From Chiloscyllium plagiosum (Eukaryota), in the NCBI RefSeq assembly GCF_004010195.1, contig NC_057752.1, forward strand, positions 15,895,348-15,934,895: a stretch of 39,548 nt of DNA, given 5' to 3'. Both the position numbers and the translations under genes were made by a program. Under the pieces are notes generated by a model. It saw only the letters and a program-made list of their open reading frames with translations. It was not told the origin of the DNA and made no database searches. Below, one piece after another: positions 1 to 10,667 of this stretch. Numbering within the stretch: position 1 is the first letter of the stretch; the number at the start of each line of letters is the position of its first letter.

Positions 1-225
1 TGCCTTGTAAATAGTACACACTGCTGCTATTGAGCGTCAGTGCAAAGCAAGTGGGTTACTTTGGTCTGGGTGATATCAAACTTCTCAAGTATTGTTGGGG
101 CTGCACTCATCCAGGCAAGGGGGGGATATTCCATCACACTCCTGGCTTGTGCCTTGTAGATAGTGGACAGGCTTTGGGGAATCAGGTTACTCCTGGGAAT
201 ACTCACCACATTATTCATAAAATCA
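1..225 (-). mobile_element. CR1/L2-group LINE fragment ('family B', ORF2 C-terminal)
   Basis: STIYKAQARSVMEY..LAW; homologous to ~11020-11270. Confidence 0.75.
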
Positions 226-247
226 TAGTGGGGGGCGGGCGGGGGGA

Positions 248-587
248 AGCATGGTGGCTCTGTGGTTAGACTGCTGCCTCAGAGCGCCAGGAACCCTGGT
301 TCAATTCCAGCCTCAGTGTCTGTGTGGAGTTTGCACATTCACCTGTGTCTGCGTGGGTTTCCTCCAGGTGCTCCAGTTTCCTCCCACAATCCAAAGATGT
401 GCTGACTCAGTGGATTGACTGCGCTAAATTGCCCACAGTGTTCAGAGATGCATAGGTTAGGTGCATTAGTCAGGGGTAAATGTAGAGTAATGGGGATTGG
501 GTTTGTGTGGGATGCTCTTCGGAGGGTCGGTGTGGACTTGTTGGGCCAAGGGCCTGTTTCCACACTGTAGGGATTCTAAGATTCTAA
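248..587 (+). mobile_element. HE1-like V-SINE (tRNA-derived)
   Basis: A/B-box head (tggctctgtggtt, ggttcaattcc), V-domain tgtgtggagtttgcac...tttcctcccac, CR1-type tail gggcctgtttccacactgta. Confidence 0.9.
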
Positions 588-935
588 GCTGTACAGAATG
601 GAAACAGACCCTTCGGTCCAACTTGCCCATGCTGACCAGATATCTTAAATTAATCTAATTCTATTTACTAACATTTGGCCCATATCCCTTTTCCTAGCCT
701 GCTGTTGTAGTGACTGTATTTACGTGATCAGTCCAGTTGGGTTTCTGGTCAACAATAATCCCAGGATGTTTGATAGTGGGGAATTCAATGATGGGAACAC
801 CATTGAATACCAAAGGGTGTGGGGTGATTAGATTATTGGTGATATGGATATTGATCATATCTTGTTACATTTGACATGGACTGCTTCATGAATACTGTGC
901 AATTATTGGTGAACGAACACGCCTGCTTCTGAATT
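588..935 (-). mobile_element. Short CR1 3' tail plus family-B LINE scraps
   Basis: tgtacagaatggaaacagacccttcggtccaac matches other CR1 tails; 700-930 resembles ~11270-11540. Confidence 0.6.
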
Positions 936-939
936 TATT

Positions 940-3110
940 GTGTCTCGGTATTGTGTACCGAGGCACAGTGAAAAGCTTTGTCTTGCGAGCAATACAGGCA
1001 GATCACAGAATTAAGTAGCATAGAAAAGGAAATAATAGATAAATAGTGACAAAAACAAAAACACAGGTACAGGCGAATGTTAAGAGTTTGAGAGTCCATT
1101 CAGTATTCTAACAACAGTTGGGTAGAAACTGTCTTGAAACCGGCTGGTGCATGTGTTCAGGCTTCTGTACCTTCTCCCCGATGGTAGAGGTTGCAGAAAA
1201 ACATTGCCAGGGTGGGATGGATCTTTGAGAATGCTGGCAGCCTTTCCTTGACAGCGGGCCTGGTAGATGGATTCTATAGATGGGAGGTTGGCCTTTGTGA
1301 TTGTCCGGGCCGAGTTCACCACTCTCTGTAACCGTCTCTGATCTTGAATGGTACAGTTGCCGTACCAGGTAGTGATATATCCAGGCATAGGTGCGACATT
1401 GAGAGCATTCTAAAAGTTGTCGACGGTATTTGCCGTCATGCCAAATTTCCTCAGCTGCCGAAGGAAGAGACGTTGTTGGGCCTTTGTAGCAGTGTGTCCA
1501 CATGAAGAGTCCAAGAAAGCTTGTTGTGGATGACCACTCCCCAGAGCTTGACATTCCCCACTTGTTCCACCTCTGTGCTGTTAATGTGTAGTGGGGGGGG
1601 GCATGAGTAACATCCTGTCGAAAGTCAATAATGAGTTCCTTGGTTTTGCTGGCATTGAGAGCTAGGTTGTTCTCAGTGCACCATTTTTCCAGGTCTTCCA
1701 CCTCCCGTCAGTAGTCTGTTTTGTTGCCATCTGAGATTCGACCGACTATGTCAGCGAACTTGTAAATGGCATTAGTCTAGCATTTGGCGACGCAGTCATG
1801 GGTAATCAGTGAGTACAATAGGGGACTGAATACGCACCCCTGGGGGGACTCCAATGTTGAGTGTTAGTGAGGATGAAATAGTGTCCCTAATCTTCACTGA
1901 TTGTGGCCTGTGGGTCAGGAAACTGAGGATCCAGTTGCGGAGAGTGGGGCTTAGTCCGAGATCACTAAGTTTAGTAATCAGTTTCAAGGGGATAATAGTG
2001 TTGAAGGCTGAACTGTAGTCAATGAGTGGGATTGTGGGTCAATCTGTAGTCAATGAGCACCCGAGCTACAAATCTTCGCACAAACTTTGAATGAGTGGGA
2101 TTCTTATGTCGCTGTTCTTGGTGTCAAGATGTTTTAGGGAGGAGTGAAGGGCAAGTCATAGAGATGTACAGCATGGAAACAGACCCTTCGGTCCAACCTA
2201 TCTATGCTGACCAGATATCCCAACCCAATCTAGTCCCACCTGCCAGTACCCGGCCCATATCCCTCCAAACCCTTCCTATTCATATACCCATCCAAATGCC
2301 TCTTAAATGTTGCAATTGTACCAGCCTCCACCACATCCTCTGGCAGCTCATTCCATACACGTACCACCCTCTGCGTGAAAAAGTTGCCCCTTAGGTCTCT
2401 TTTATATCTTTCCACTCTCACCCTAAACCTATGCCCTCCAGTTCTGGACTCCCCGACCCCAGGGAAAAGACTTTGCCTAATTATCCTGTCCATGCCCCTC
2501 ATAATTTTGTAAACCTCTATAAGGTCATCCCTCAGCCTCTGACGCTCCAGGGAAAACAGCCCCAGCCTGTTCAGCCTCTTCCTATAGCTCAAATCCTCCA
2601 ACCCTGGCAACATCCTTGTAAATCCTTTCTGAACCCTTTCAAGTTTCACAGCATCCTTCCGATAGGAGGGAGACCAGAATTGCACGCAATATTCCAACAG
2701 TGGCCTAACCAATGTCCTGTACAGTTGCAACATGACCTCCCAACTCCTCTACTCAATACTCTGACCAATAAAGGAAAGCATACTAAACGCCTTCTTCACT
2801 ATCCTATCTGACATGGATCTGTTGATCCGATAGGCAAATTGGAGTGGATCAAGAGTAGTGGGAAAGCTGGAGTTGATTAATGCCATGACCAGCCTTTCAA
2901 AGCATTTCATGATCACTGAAGTTAGGGCCACTGGGTGGTAGTCATTGAGACATGCTGCATGAGCCTTCTTAGGCACAGGGATGATGTTGGCCCTCTTGAA
3001 ACAGGCAGGGGCAGTGGCCTGCTGCAGGGAGAGGTTGAAGATGTCCAAGAAGACCTCTGCCAGTTGATCTGCGCATGCTGAGAGTGCACAGCCTGGTACT
3101 TTGTCTGACC
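940..3110 (-). mobile_element. Rex1/Babar-clade LINE, decayed ORF2 3' half, interrupted by CR1
   Basis: [97 protein letters not shown]. Confidence 0.85.
2156..2808 (-). mobile_element. 5'-truncated CR1 LINE nested in Rex1
   Basis: LYRTLVRPLLEYCVQFWSP..LERVQK..FFTQRVVRVWNELP; tail ending ctctatgac. Confidence 0.92.
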
Positions 3111-3885
3111 TTATGATGGAGAAAAGATCATTGATGAAGCAGTTGGAGATGGTTGGGCCGAGGACACTGTCTTGAGGAATTCCTGCAGAGATGACTGACC
3201 TTCAAAAATCACTACCGTTTTCTTATGTGTCAGGTATGACTCCAATCACCATAGAGTTTGCCCCTGAAACCCATTGATTCCAGTGTTCCAAGGCTCCTTG
3301 ATACTGCACTCAGTCAAATGCAGCCTTGATGTCAAGGGCTGTCGCGCACCCCTCCCCAATGGAATTCAATTCTTTTGTCCGTGTTTGAACCAATGCTGCA
3401 ATGAGCTCAGGAGCTGAGTGACTCTGGAGGATCCCAAACTGGGCGTCAGTGAGCAGGTTATTGCTGAGCAGGTGCTGCTTGATAGTACTGTAAATGACAC
3501 CTTCCATTACTTCACCGATGATCGAGAGTAATTGATGGATAATTGGCTGGGTTGGATTCATCCTGCTTTTCATGTTCGGCGTATACCTGGGCAATTTTCC
3601 GCATTGTGTAGATGCCAGTGTTGTAACTGTACTGGAACAGCTTGGCTAGAGGAGTGGGAAGTTCTGGAGCTCAGATCTTTGGTACTATTGCTGGAATGTT
3701 GTCAGGGCCTATAGACTTTATAGTGTCCAATGTCTCCCTATTTCTTGACATTACATGGGGTGAATCAAATTGGCTGAAGTCTGGTATCTGTAATTGAATG
3801 ACTGAGCAGTCTTGAGAGGTAGAATGGCCTACCCCTGCTCTTAGCTTCTATGTTTCCATGTACGGAGTTGGATTGAGCTCTTGGT
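3111..3885 (-). mobile_element. Family-B CR1/L2-group LINE RT fragment
   Basis: LLSNNLLTDAQFG..HSAPELI..ALDIKAAFD; parallels 11560-12200. Confidence 0.8.
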
Positions 3886-3941
3886 GCTAAAACAATCAAA
3901 GGATATGGGGGGAAAATGAGAACAGGGCTATTGAGTTGGGT

Positions 3942-4607
3942 AGAAAGTGAGGTCTGCAGATGCTGGAGATCAGAGCTGAAAATGTGTTGCTGGAAAAGCA
4001 CAGCAGGTCAGGCAGCATCCAGGGAACAGGAGAATCGACGTTTTGGGCATAAGCCCTTCTTCAGGAATGAGGAAAGTTTGTCCAGCAGGCTAAGATAAAA
4101 GGTAGGGAGGAGGGACTTGGGGGAGGGGCATTGGAAATGTGATAGGTGGAAAGAGGTCAAGGTGAGGGTGATAGGTCAGACTGGGGTGGGGGCGGAGAGG
4201 TCAGGAAGAAGATTGCAGGTTAGGAAGGCGGTGCTGAATTCGATGGATTTGACTGAGACAAGGTGGGGGGAGGGGAAATGAGGAAACTGGTGAAATCCGA
4301 GTTCATCCCTTATGGTTGGAGGGTCCCTAGGCGGAAGATGAGGCGCTCTTCCTCCAACCTTCGTTTTGTTGTAGTCTGGCGATGGAGGAGTCCAAAGACC
4401 TGCATATCCTTGGTGGAGTGGGAGGGGGAGGGAAGTGTTGAGCCACAGGGTGGTTGGGTTGGTTGGTCCAGGTGTCCCAGACGTGTTCTCTGAAACGCTC
4501 CGCAAGTAGCCGGCCTGACTCCCCAATATAGAGGAGGCCACATCGGGTGCAGAGGATGCAATAGATGATGTGTGTGGAGGTGCAGGTGAATCTGTGGCGG
4601 ATATGGA
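3942..4607 (-). mobile_element. Penelope-like element 3' end (GIY-YIG + pLTR with degenerate hammerhead), inserted in a CR1 tail
   Basis: IIYCI.C..CGLLYIGESGR..ERFREH and RRLEEERLIFRLGTLQP; perfect 13-bp TSD tattgagttgggt at 3929-3941 and 4608-4620. Confidence 0.9.
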
Positions 4608-4684
4608 TATTGAGTTGGGTGACTAGCCATGATTAAAGTGGAGAGCTGAATGGCCTACTCCTGCTCTTATTTTCTATGTTTTTA

Positions 4685-5335
4685 GACTGGGTAAATACAG
4701 GGAGGCCTCTTCTGGAGCACTGTATGCAATCCTGATTGCCCTGCTATAGGAAGGATATAATTAAATTGGACAGAGTTCAGCAAAGATTTACCATGATGTT
4801 GCCAGAAAGGGACTATAAAGTTATAAGAATATGCCAGTCTTGACTGGACTGTAGGAGGTTGAGCATGAACATGAGCACAGATATGGTGAATAGAGTCATA
4901 GAAAGTAAGGGTCTTTTCCCTAAACTGGGGGATTTCAAAACTACGGGGAAATATAACAGATTCACAGAGAGGAAATTCCTTTTTTTGTCTTAAATGGGTA
5001 GTCACTTATTCTGACATGTTGCCCTTTGGTCCTAGACTCTCTCACAATGAGAAACCATTTTCCCTGTCAAGTTCACTCAGAATTTTGTATGTTTCACTAA
5101 GGTTGCCACTCATTCTTCCAAATTCCAATCAATATAGGCCCACCTGTGCAACCTCTCCTCCTAAGATAGACCCTCCATGTAAATTCAGCAGCACTTTGTT
5201 CCTCTTGTACTTTGTGTCCCTATTAATGATGCCTAGGATACTACAGGCTTTTTAAACTGCTGTCTCAACCCCATCCTGCCACATTCAGTGACTTCGATGC
5301 ACTTTCACCCAGGTTCTTTTGTCTTGATTCCTCTC
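4685..5335. mobile_element. Old degenerate CR1 fragments (plus strand ~4690-4960, minus strand beyond)
   Basis: ctataggaaggatataattaaattggacagagttcag..agatttacc resembles CR1 ORF2 3' end. Confidence 0.55.
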
Positions 5336-5360
5336 TTAACACAATCTCCTTAATTCTAAT

Positions 5361-6356
5361 GATTTGGAGATACTGGGATGTACAAAGTTAAAAATCACAC
5401 AACACCAGGTTATAGTCCAACAGGTTTAATTGGAAGCACACTAGCTTTCCGGAGCACAGCTCCTTTATCAGGTGGTTGTGAAGGACACAATTGTAAGACA
5501 CAGAATTTATAGCAAAAGTTTACAGTGTGATGTAACTGAAATTATACACTGAAAAATACCTTGATTGTTTGTTGAGTCTCTCATCTGTTAGAATGACCAT
5601 GATAGTTTCACTTCTTTCATGTGTAAATCACAAAACCTTTTTAAAAAGTTACATTTTCAGGTTAATTGTAACAATTAGTGTCAACGCAGATAAGATGTTG
5701 AGATATTGAAGGTGTTAGCCCCCTGTGTTCCCTGTCTGTGCCATAATGTTTAGACTGATTCTAATCTAAAAAGTGAGTTAACAGAGTCTTACATGGATTC
5801 ATGCAGTTTTTGAGCAAAGTACAATGTAACTCTGCAAGTACAAATTCACCCCACAAACGTATATGTGTATGTGTGCATGCATGTGTGTGTTGTGTTTGTC
5901 TATGAGTGTGTGTGTGTGTGTGAGTGTAAAGTGGTCTAAATCTGTAAGAGGGTGCATGTGTGAGTCCGTGTGTCTGGAGGAGTGTGTGTGTGAGTGTCTG
6001 TTTGCATGTCTATGTATAGGAATGCCTGTGTGTGTGTGCATGTAGGAGTGTCTGTGTGTGTGTGTATAGTGCAATGGTGGTCGCCTGTAATGTGACATGA
6101 ACCCAAGGTCCCGGTTGAGGCCCTCCCTATGGGTACTGAACTTAGCTATCAGCCTCTGCTCGGCCACTTTTCGCTGCTGCCTGTCCTGAAGTCCACCTTG
6201 GAGGATGGTCACCCAAAGGTCCGAGGTCGAATGTCCTGGACCACTGAAGTGTTCTCCAACTGGGAGGGAACCCTCCTATCTGTTGATTGTTGTGTGGTGC
6301 CCATTCATCCGTTGCCGTAGCCTTTGCTCATTTTCATCAATGTACCATGCCTCAGG
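5361..6356 (-). mobile_element. Penelope-like element, second family (GIY-YIG end, CA-rich tract, pLTR with hammerhead-like motif at 5437-5475)
   Basis: YI.ENEQRLRQRMNGH and RKVAEQRLIAKFSTHREGLNRD; possible TSD ta(a/g)ttctaat at 5351-5360 and 6357-6366. Confidence 0.85.
5859..6067. repeat. Imperfect (TG)n microsatellite inside PLE
   Basis: Read directly. Confidence 0.9.
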
Positions 6357-7391
6357 TAGTTCTAATTGTTGCCCGCATTCTTTCTTCCTCAGTGAATCAT
6401 TTTGTTTTCCTCTGCACTCCTCTCCAATGGTAAGTACAGTAATCTCCCAACTCAACCAGCTTGTCTATACCCTTTCTTCTGCTCCCCACTATCCTCCTCA
6501 CACTTTACAATACTTAAGTTTTTTTTATTTATCAGTTTTTTAAAACTTCAAAATCTCATCTTGCAGACCCCAGCTGAATCCCACAAAACCCAAATTTGTG
6601 TCGACTTAAAAAGATCACTTAAGACAATTATCAGTACCTTCCTAGTTCCTTCTGATCAAGCAGTAGCCACTCATCTCTGCCTCTTCTGTGGCACTTCTCT
6701 TGATTTTAATAGTGGCCTGGAATCCCCCACTCTGGTTTCAACCTCCCTCCAGTTTTCCCCCAGTAGAGCTCTAAAGGAGGACAACCTCCTGAATGTGAAT
6801 CTACTTTTACATTCCTGGCATGGTTTGTTTATTCCCCCACAAACATTTCTACTTCCCTGGTCATAGTGCCTGTGAGTCATTCCCTCCCTACAGGAGGCAC
6901 GCTGGGGAAATGCAGCAACACCAGCCAATCACTAAACATCAGACAGTAACGTCTGTCAGGAAGGAAAAGTAAAAGCAGCCTGTCAACTGTGGCAGCGAGA
7001 GAGAGATCACAAGCATTGTTACTGATTCTGGCAACCATCCTGATGAAGGTTTTAATTTCCAACCATGGAATCTGTAAAGGAGCTGCCCGTGGCCACCCAC
7101 GTGGGCCGTCAAGTTACAGGTAAAACCAGGGACGGGCCAGAGAGTCGGGAGAGAGAGAGAGATAACCGTGTTGTAGACACTAAACGCCCTCTCTTTCTGT
7201 TTCATATTCTGTACTAGTTCCAATAAAACCTTTCAGTTTTATTAAGGACAGAAAATATTGTAAATTAGCAACAAATCCATCAATGCCTGTAGCAGTAACA
7301 AGTTGATGTCTAAAGAGAAGGCAGTTTGATATTTTAGCAGAATTTACTTTCTGTTTAGAAGTCTCCAGTTGGCACTGCTTAGATTTTGTGC

Positions 7392-7473
7392 TGATGAAGG
7401 AGCGGTGCTCCGAAAGTTAGTGTGCTTCCAATTAAACCTGTTGGACTATTACCTGGTGTTGTGTAATTTTTAA
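7392..7473 (+). mobile_element. 82-bp solo PLE pLTR fragment (family 2) beginning at hammerhead core
   Basis: CTGATGA-A-GGAGC ggt GCTCC-GAAA at 7391-7415; perfect 14-bp TSD cttagattttgtgc at 7378-7391 and 7474-7487. Confidence 0.9.
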
Positions 7474-7547
7474 CTTAGATTTTGTGCAACCTTTTCATTC
7501 TCGCTTTCTTGCTGAACCTCCATGTTAAAGGTGCTTCCATTAACGAA

Positions 7548-7745
7548 CAAAGTCAAAAGTCCCACAATGCCAGGTTATATTCGAACTGTATATTTAAAAT
7601 CACAATCTTTTAGAACACTGCTCCTTCACATGACAAAGGGGCAGTGCCCCGAAACCTTGCGATTTTAAATAAATCTGTTGGACTATAACCTGATACTTTT
7701 GACTTTGTCCACCCTAGTTCAACACTGGTACCTCCACATCATTGA
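7548..7745. mobile_element. Degenerate head-to-head inverted pair of family-2 pLTRs
   Basis: Left arm aaagtcaaaagt..ccaggttata..ctgctccttca mirrors right arm aaggggcagtgccccgaaa..tataacctg..acttttgacttt. Confidence 0.75.
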
Positions 7746-7911
7746 TTTACAGAAACCAGACGAGAGACTGTTCAACTCACGCTGTTCCTGTTCTCTGTGC
7801 TCCATACAAATGAAACTCATGTCCCCACCCGTACTCGGATCTCATTCTCCCCTTTCCTTCTCCTGCTATTATACACAGAAGTAGAAGTAGGCCATTCAGG
7901 CAATCACAAGT

Positions 7912-8045
7912 AGAGTATGGGTCACTGGACCCCAAACATTAACTTGGATTTCTCTGCACAGACACTGTCTGACCTGCTGAGCTTTACAGCAACTTCTGTT
8001 TTTGTTTCTGATTTGCAGCATCTGCAGTTCTTTAAGTTTTTATTC
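7912..8045 (+). mobile_element. Old PLE pLTR-like fragment (third family)
   Basis: GGGTC actg GACCC cAAAC hairpin followed by ctgacctgctgag..cagcatctgcag shared with other pLTRs. Confidence 0.55.
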
Positions 8046-8059
8046 ATTGTTATCATCCT

Positions 8060-8182
8060 GATGATTCCTGATGAAGGGCTTTTGCCCAAAATGTCAATTT
8101 TCCTGCTCTCGGATGCTGCCTGACCTGTTGTGCTTTTCCAGCACCACTCTAATCTCCAGCATCTGCAGGACCCTCTTTCACA
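8060..8182 (+). mobile_element. Solo PLE pLTR (family 1) with degenerate hammerhead
   Basis: cCTGATGAaGGGCttttGCCCaaaa; TSD att(g/a)ttatcatcct at 8046-8059 and 8183-8196 (13/14). Confidence 0.85.
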
Positions 8183-8291
8183 ATTATTATCATCCTCAAC
8201 TCCACTTTCCAGTAAACCCTAGGTTCCCATAGTGATTAAAAATCTATCTCAGCCTTCAATATACTTAATGACCCAGCCTCAATAGCCCTCT

Positions 8292-8482
8292 TCAGTACTG
8301 AGGGAGAGCCTGTGGGAGTGGGTCTGTGGGAGTGCTGCATTGTGTTGGAGGGTCAGTACTGGTGGAATATTGAACTGGTAGAGGGTCCTGAATTTCAAAT
8401 GGCTATATTAAACAGAGACCCTTTATGATTACCAGTATCTGTAAGAGATCCTATAGTACTATTTTGAAAAAGAGCAGGGTAT
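8292..8482 (+). mobile_element. Degenerate Deu-domain SINE fragment (AmnSINE1/SacSINE1-like)
   Basis: cagtactgagggag..gagtgctgcattg..agatcctatagtactattttgaaaaagagcaggg resembles the Deu core as recalled from memory. Confidence 0.5.
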
Positions 8483-8483
8483 T

Positions 8484-9545
8484 TAGAACCCAGAACATAG
8501 ACCATTCCAGCGCAGTACAGGTCCTTCGGTCCTTATGTCTGAAGCCCATCTAACCTACACTATTCCATTTTCATCCACATGTTTATCCAATGACCTTTTA
8601 AATGCCCTTTAAGCTGCCGAGTCTACTACTGTTGCAGGCAGTGCATTCCACACCCCTACTACTCCCTGAGTAAAGAAACTACCTCTGACATCTGTTCTAT
8701 ATCTATCACCCATCAATTTAAAGCTATGTCCTTTTGTGCTAACCATCACTATCCCAGGAAAAAAGGTTCTCACTGTTTACCCTATCTAATCCTCTGATTA
8801 TCTTATTTGTCTCAATTAAATCACCTCTCAATCTTTTTTCTAATAAAAACAGCCTGGAGTCCATCAGCCTTTCCTTACAAGACCATCCCTCCAGACCAGG
8901 CAACATACTAGTAAATCACCTCTGCACCATTTCCAAAGCTTCCACATCCTTCCTATAATGCAGTGAATAGAATTTTATGTAATACTCTAAGTATGTCTGC
9001 AAATGGGTTTTTTACAGCTGCAGCATGACCTCATGGTTCTGAAACTCAATCCCTCTACCAATAAAAGCTAGCACACTGTGTGCCTTCTTAACAACCCTAT
9101 CAACCTGGGTGGCAACTTTCAGGGATCTACGTACATGGACACAGATCTCTCTGCTCAGCTACACTACCAAGAATCTAACCATTAGCCCCAGTACTCTTTA
9201 TTCCAGTTGCTCCTTCCAAAGTGAATCACCTCATTTTTCCACATTAAACTCCATTTGCTACCTCTCAACCCAGCTCTGCAGCTCATCTATATCCCTCCGT
9301 AACCTGCAACATCCTTTGGCACTATCCACAACTCCACCGACCTTAGCGTCATCTGCAAAGTTACTAACCCATCCTTCTACACCTCAGCCAGGTCATATAT
9401 AAAAATGGTCACAAAACAGATCCTTATGGTATACCAGTAATAACTGAGCTCCAGGATGAATATTTCCCATCAGCCACCACCCTGTCTTCTTTCTGCTAGA
9501 ATATTTCTGATCCAAACCGCCAAATCACCCTCAATCGCAATTCTT
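8484..9545 (-). mobile_element. CR1 LINE 3' portion
   Basis: (ttcta)n-type tail at 8484-8500; RT (FADD) region near 9350. Confidence 0.85.
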
Positions 9546-9553
9546 CCCAGTGT

Positions 9554-10605
9554 TAGAGTCATAGAATCAGAGAGATGTACAGCATGGAAACAGACACTTC
9601 GGTCCAACCCGTCCATGCCGACCAGATATCCCAACCCAATCTAGTCCCACCTGCCAGCACCCAGCCCATATCCCTCCAAACCCTTCCTATTCATATACCC
9701 ATCCAAATGCCTCTTAAATGTTGCAATTGTACTAGCCTCCTCCACATCCTCTGGCAGCTCATTCCATACATGTACCACCCTCTGCATGGAAAAAGTTGCC
9801 CCATAGCTCTCTTTTATATCTTTCCCCTCTCGCCCTAAACGTATGCCCTCTAGTTCTGGACTTCCTGATCCCAGGGAAAAGACTTTGTCTATTTATCCTA
9901 TCCATGCCCCTCATAATTTTGTAANNNNNNNNNNNNNNNNNNNNNNNNNNNNNNNNNNNNNNNNNNNNNNNNNNNNNNNNNNNNNNNNNNNNNNNNNNNN
10001 NNNNNNNNNNNNNNNNNNNNNNNNNNNNNNNNNNNNNNNNNNNNNNNNNNNNNNNNNNNNNNNNNNNNNNNNNNNNNNNNNNNNNNNNNNNNNNNNNNNN
10101 NNNNNNNNNNNNNNNNNNNNNNNNNNNNNNNNNNNNNNNNNNNNNNNNNNNNNNNNNNNNNNNNNNNNNNNNNNNNNNNNNNNNNNNNNNNNNNNNNNNN
10201 NNNNNNATCCTGTTGTAGTCTGAGGTAACCCTCTTCGCTGTCCACTATACCTCCAATTTTGGTGTCATCTGCAAACTTACTAACTATACCTCTTATGCTC
10301 GCATCCAAATCATTTATGTAAATGACGAAAGGTAGTGGACTCAGCACCGATTCTTGTGGCACTCCACTGGTCACAGGCTCCCAGTCTGAAAAACAACCCT
10401 CCACCACCACCCTCTGTCTTCTACCTTTGAGCCAGTTCTGTATCCAAATGGCTAGTTCTCCCTGTATTCCATGAGATCTAACCCTTGCTAATCAGTCTCC
10501 CATGGGGAACCTTGTTGAACTCCTTACTGAAGTCCATATAGATCACATCTACTGCTCTGCCCTCATCAATCTTCTTTGTTATTTCTTCAAAAAACTCAAT
10601 CAATG
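9554..10605 (-). mobile_element. CR1 LINE 3' portion spanning assembly gap
   Basis: [30 protein letters not shown]; tail nearly matches 2156-2500. Confidence 0.9.
9925..10206. other. Assembly gap (282 N)
   Basis: N run. Confidence 1.
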
Positions 10606-10667
10606 TTCTAGGAAGTCACAACCTCCTGAGCAACATCTCTCTAAATGAATGATCAGGACTTTTGTTT

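Noticed and set aside
5799..6212. His/Thr-rich and Cys/Val-rich ORFs
   Set aside because: Translation of a (TG)n microsatellite within a PLE.
6402..7223. Overlapping ORFs in unique DNA as coding exons
   Set aside because: No recognisable motif and no consistent splice-phase chain.
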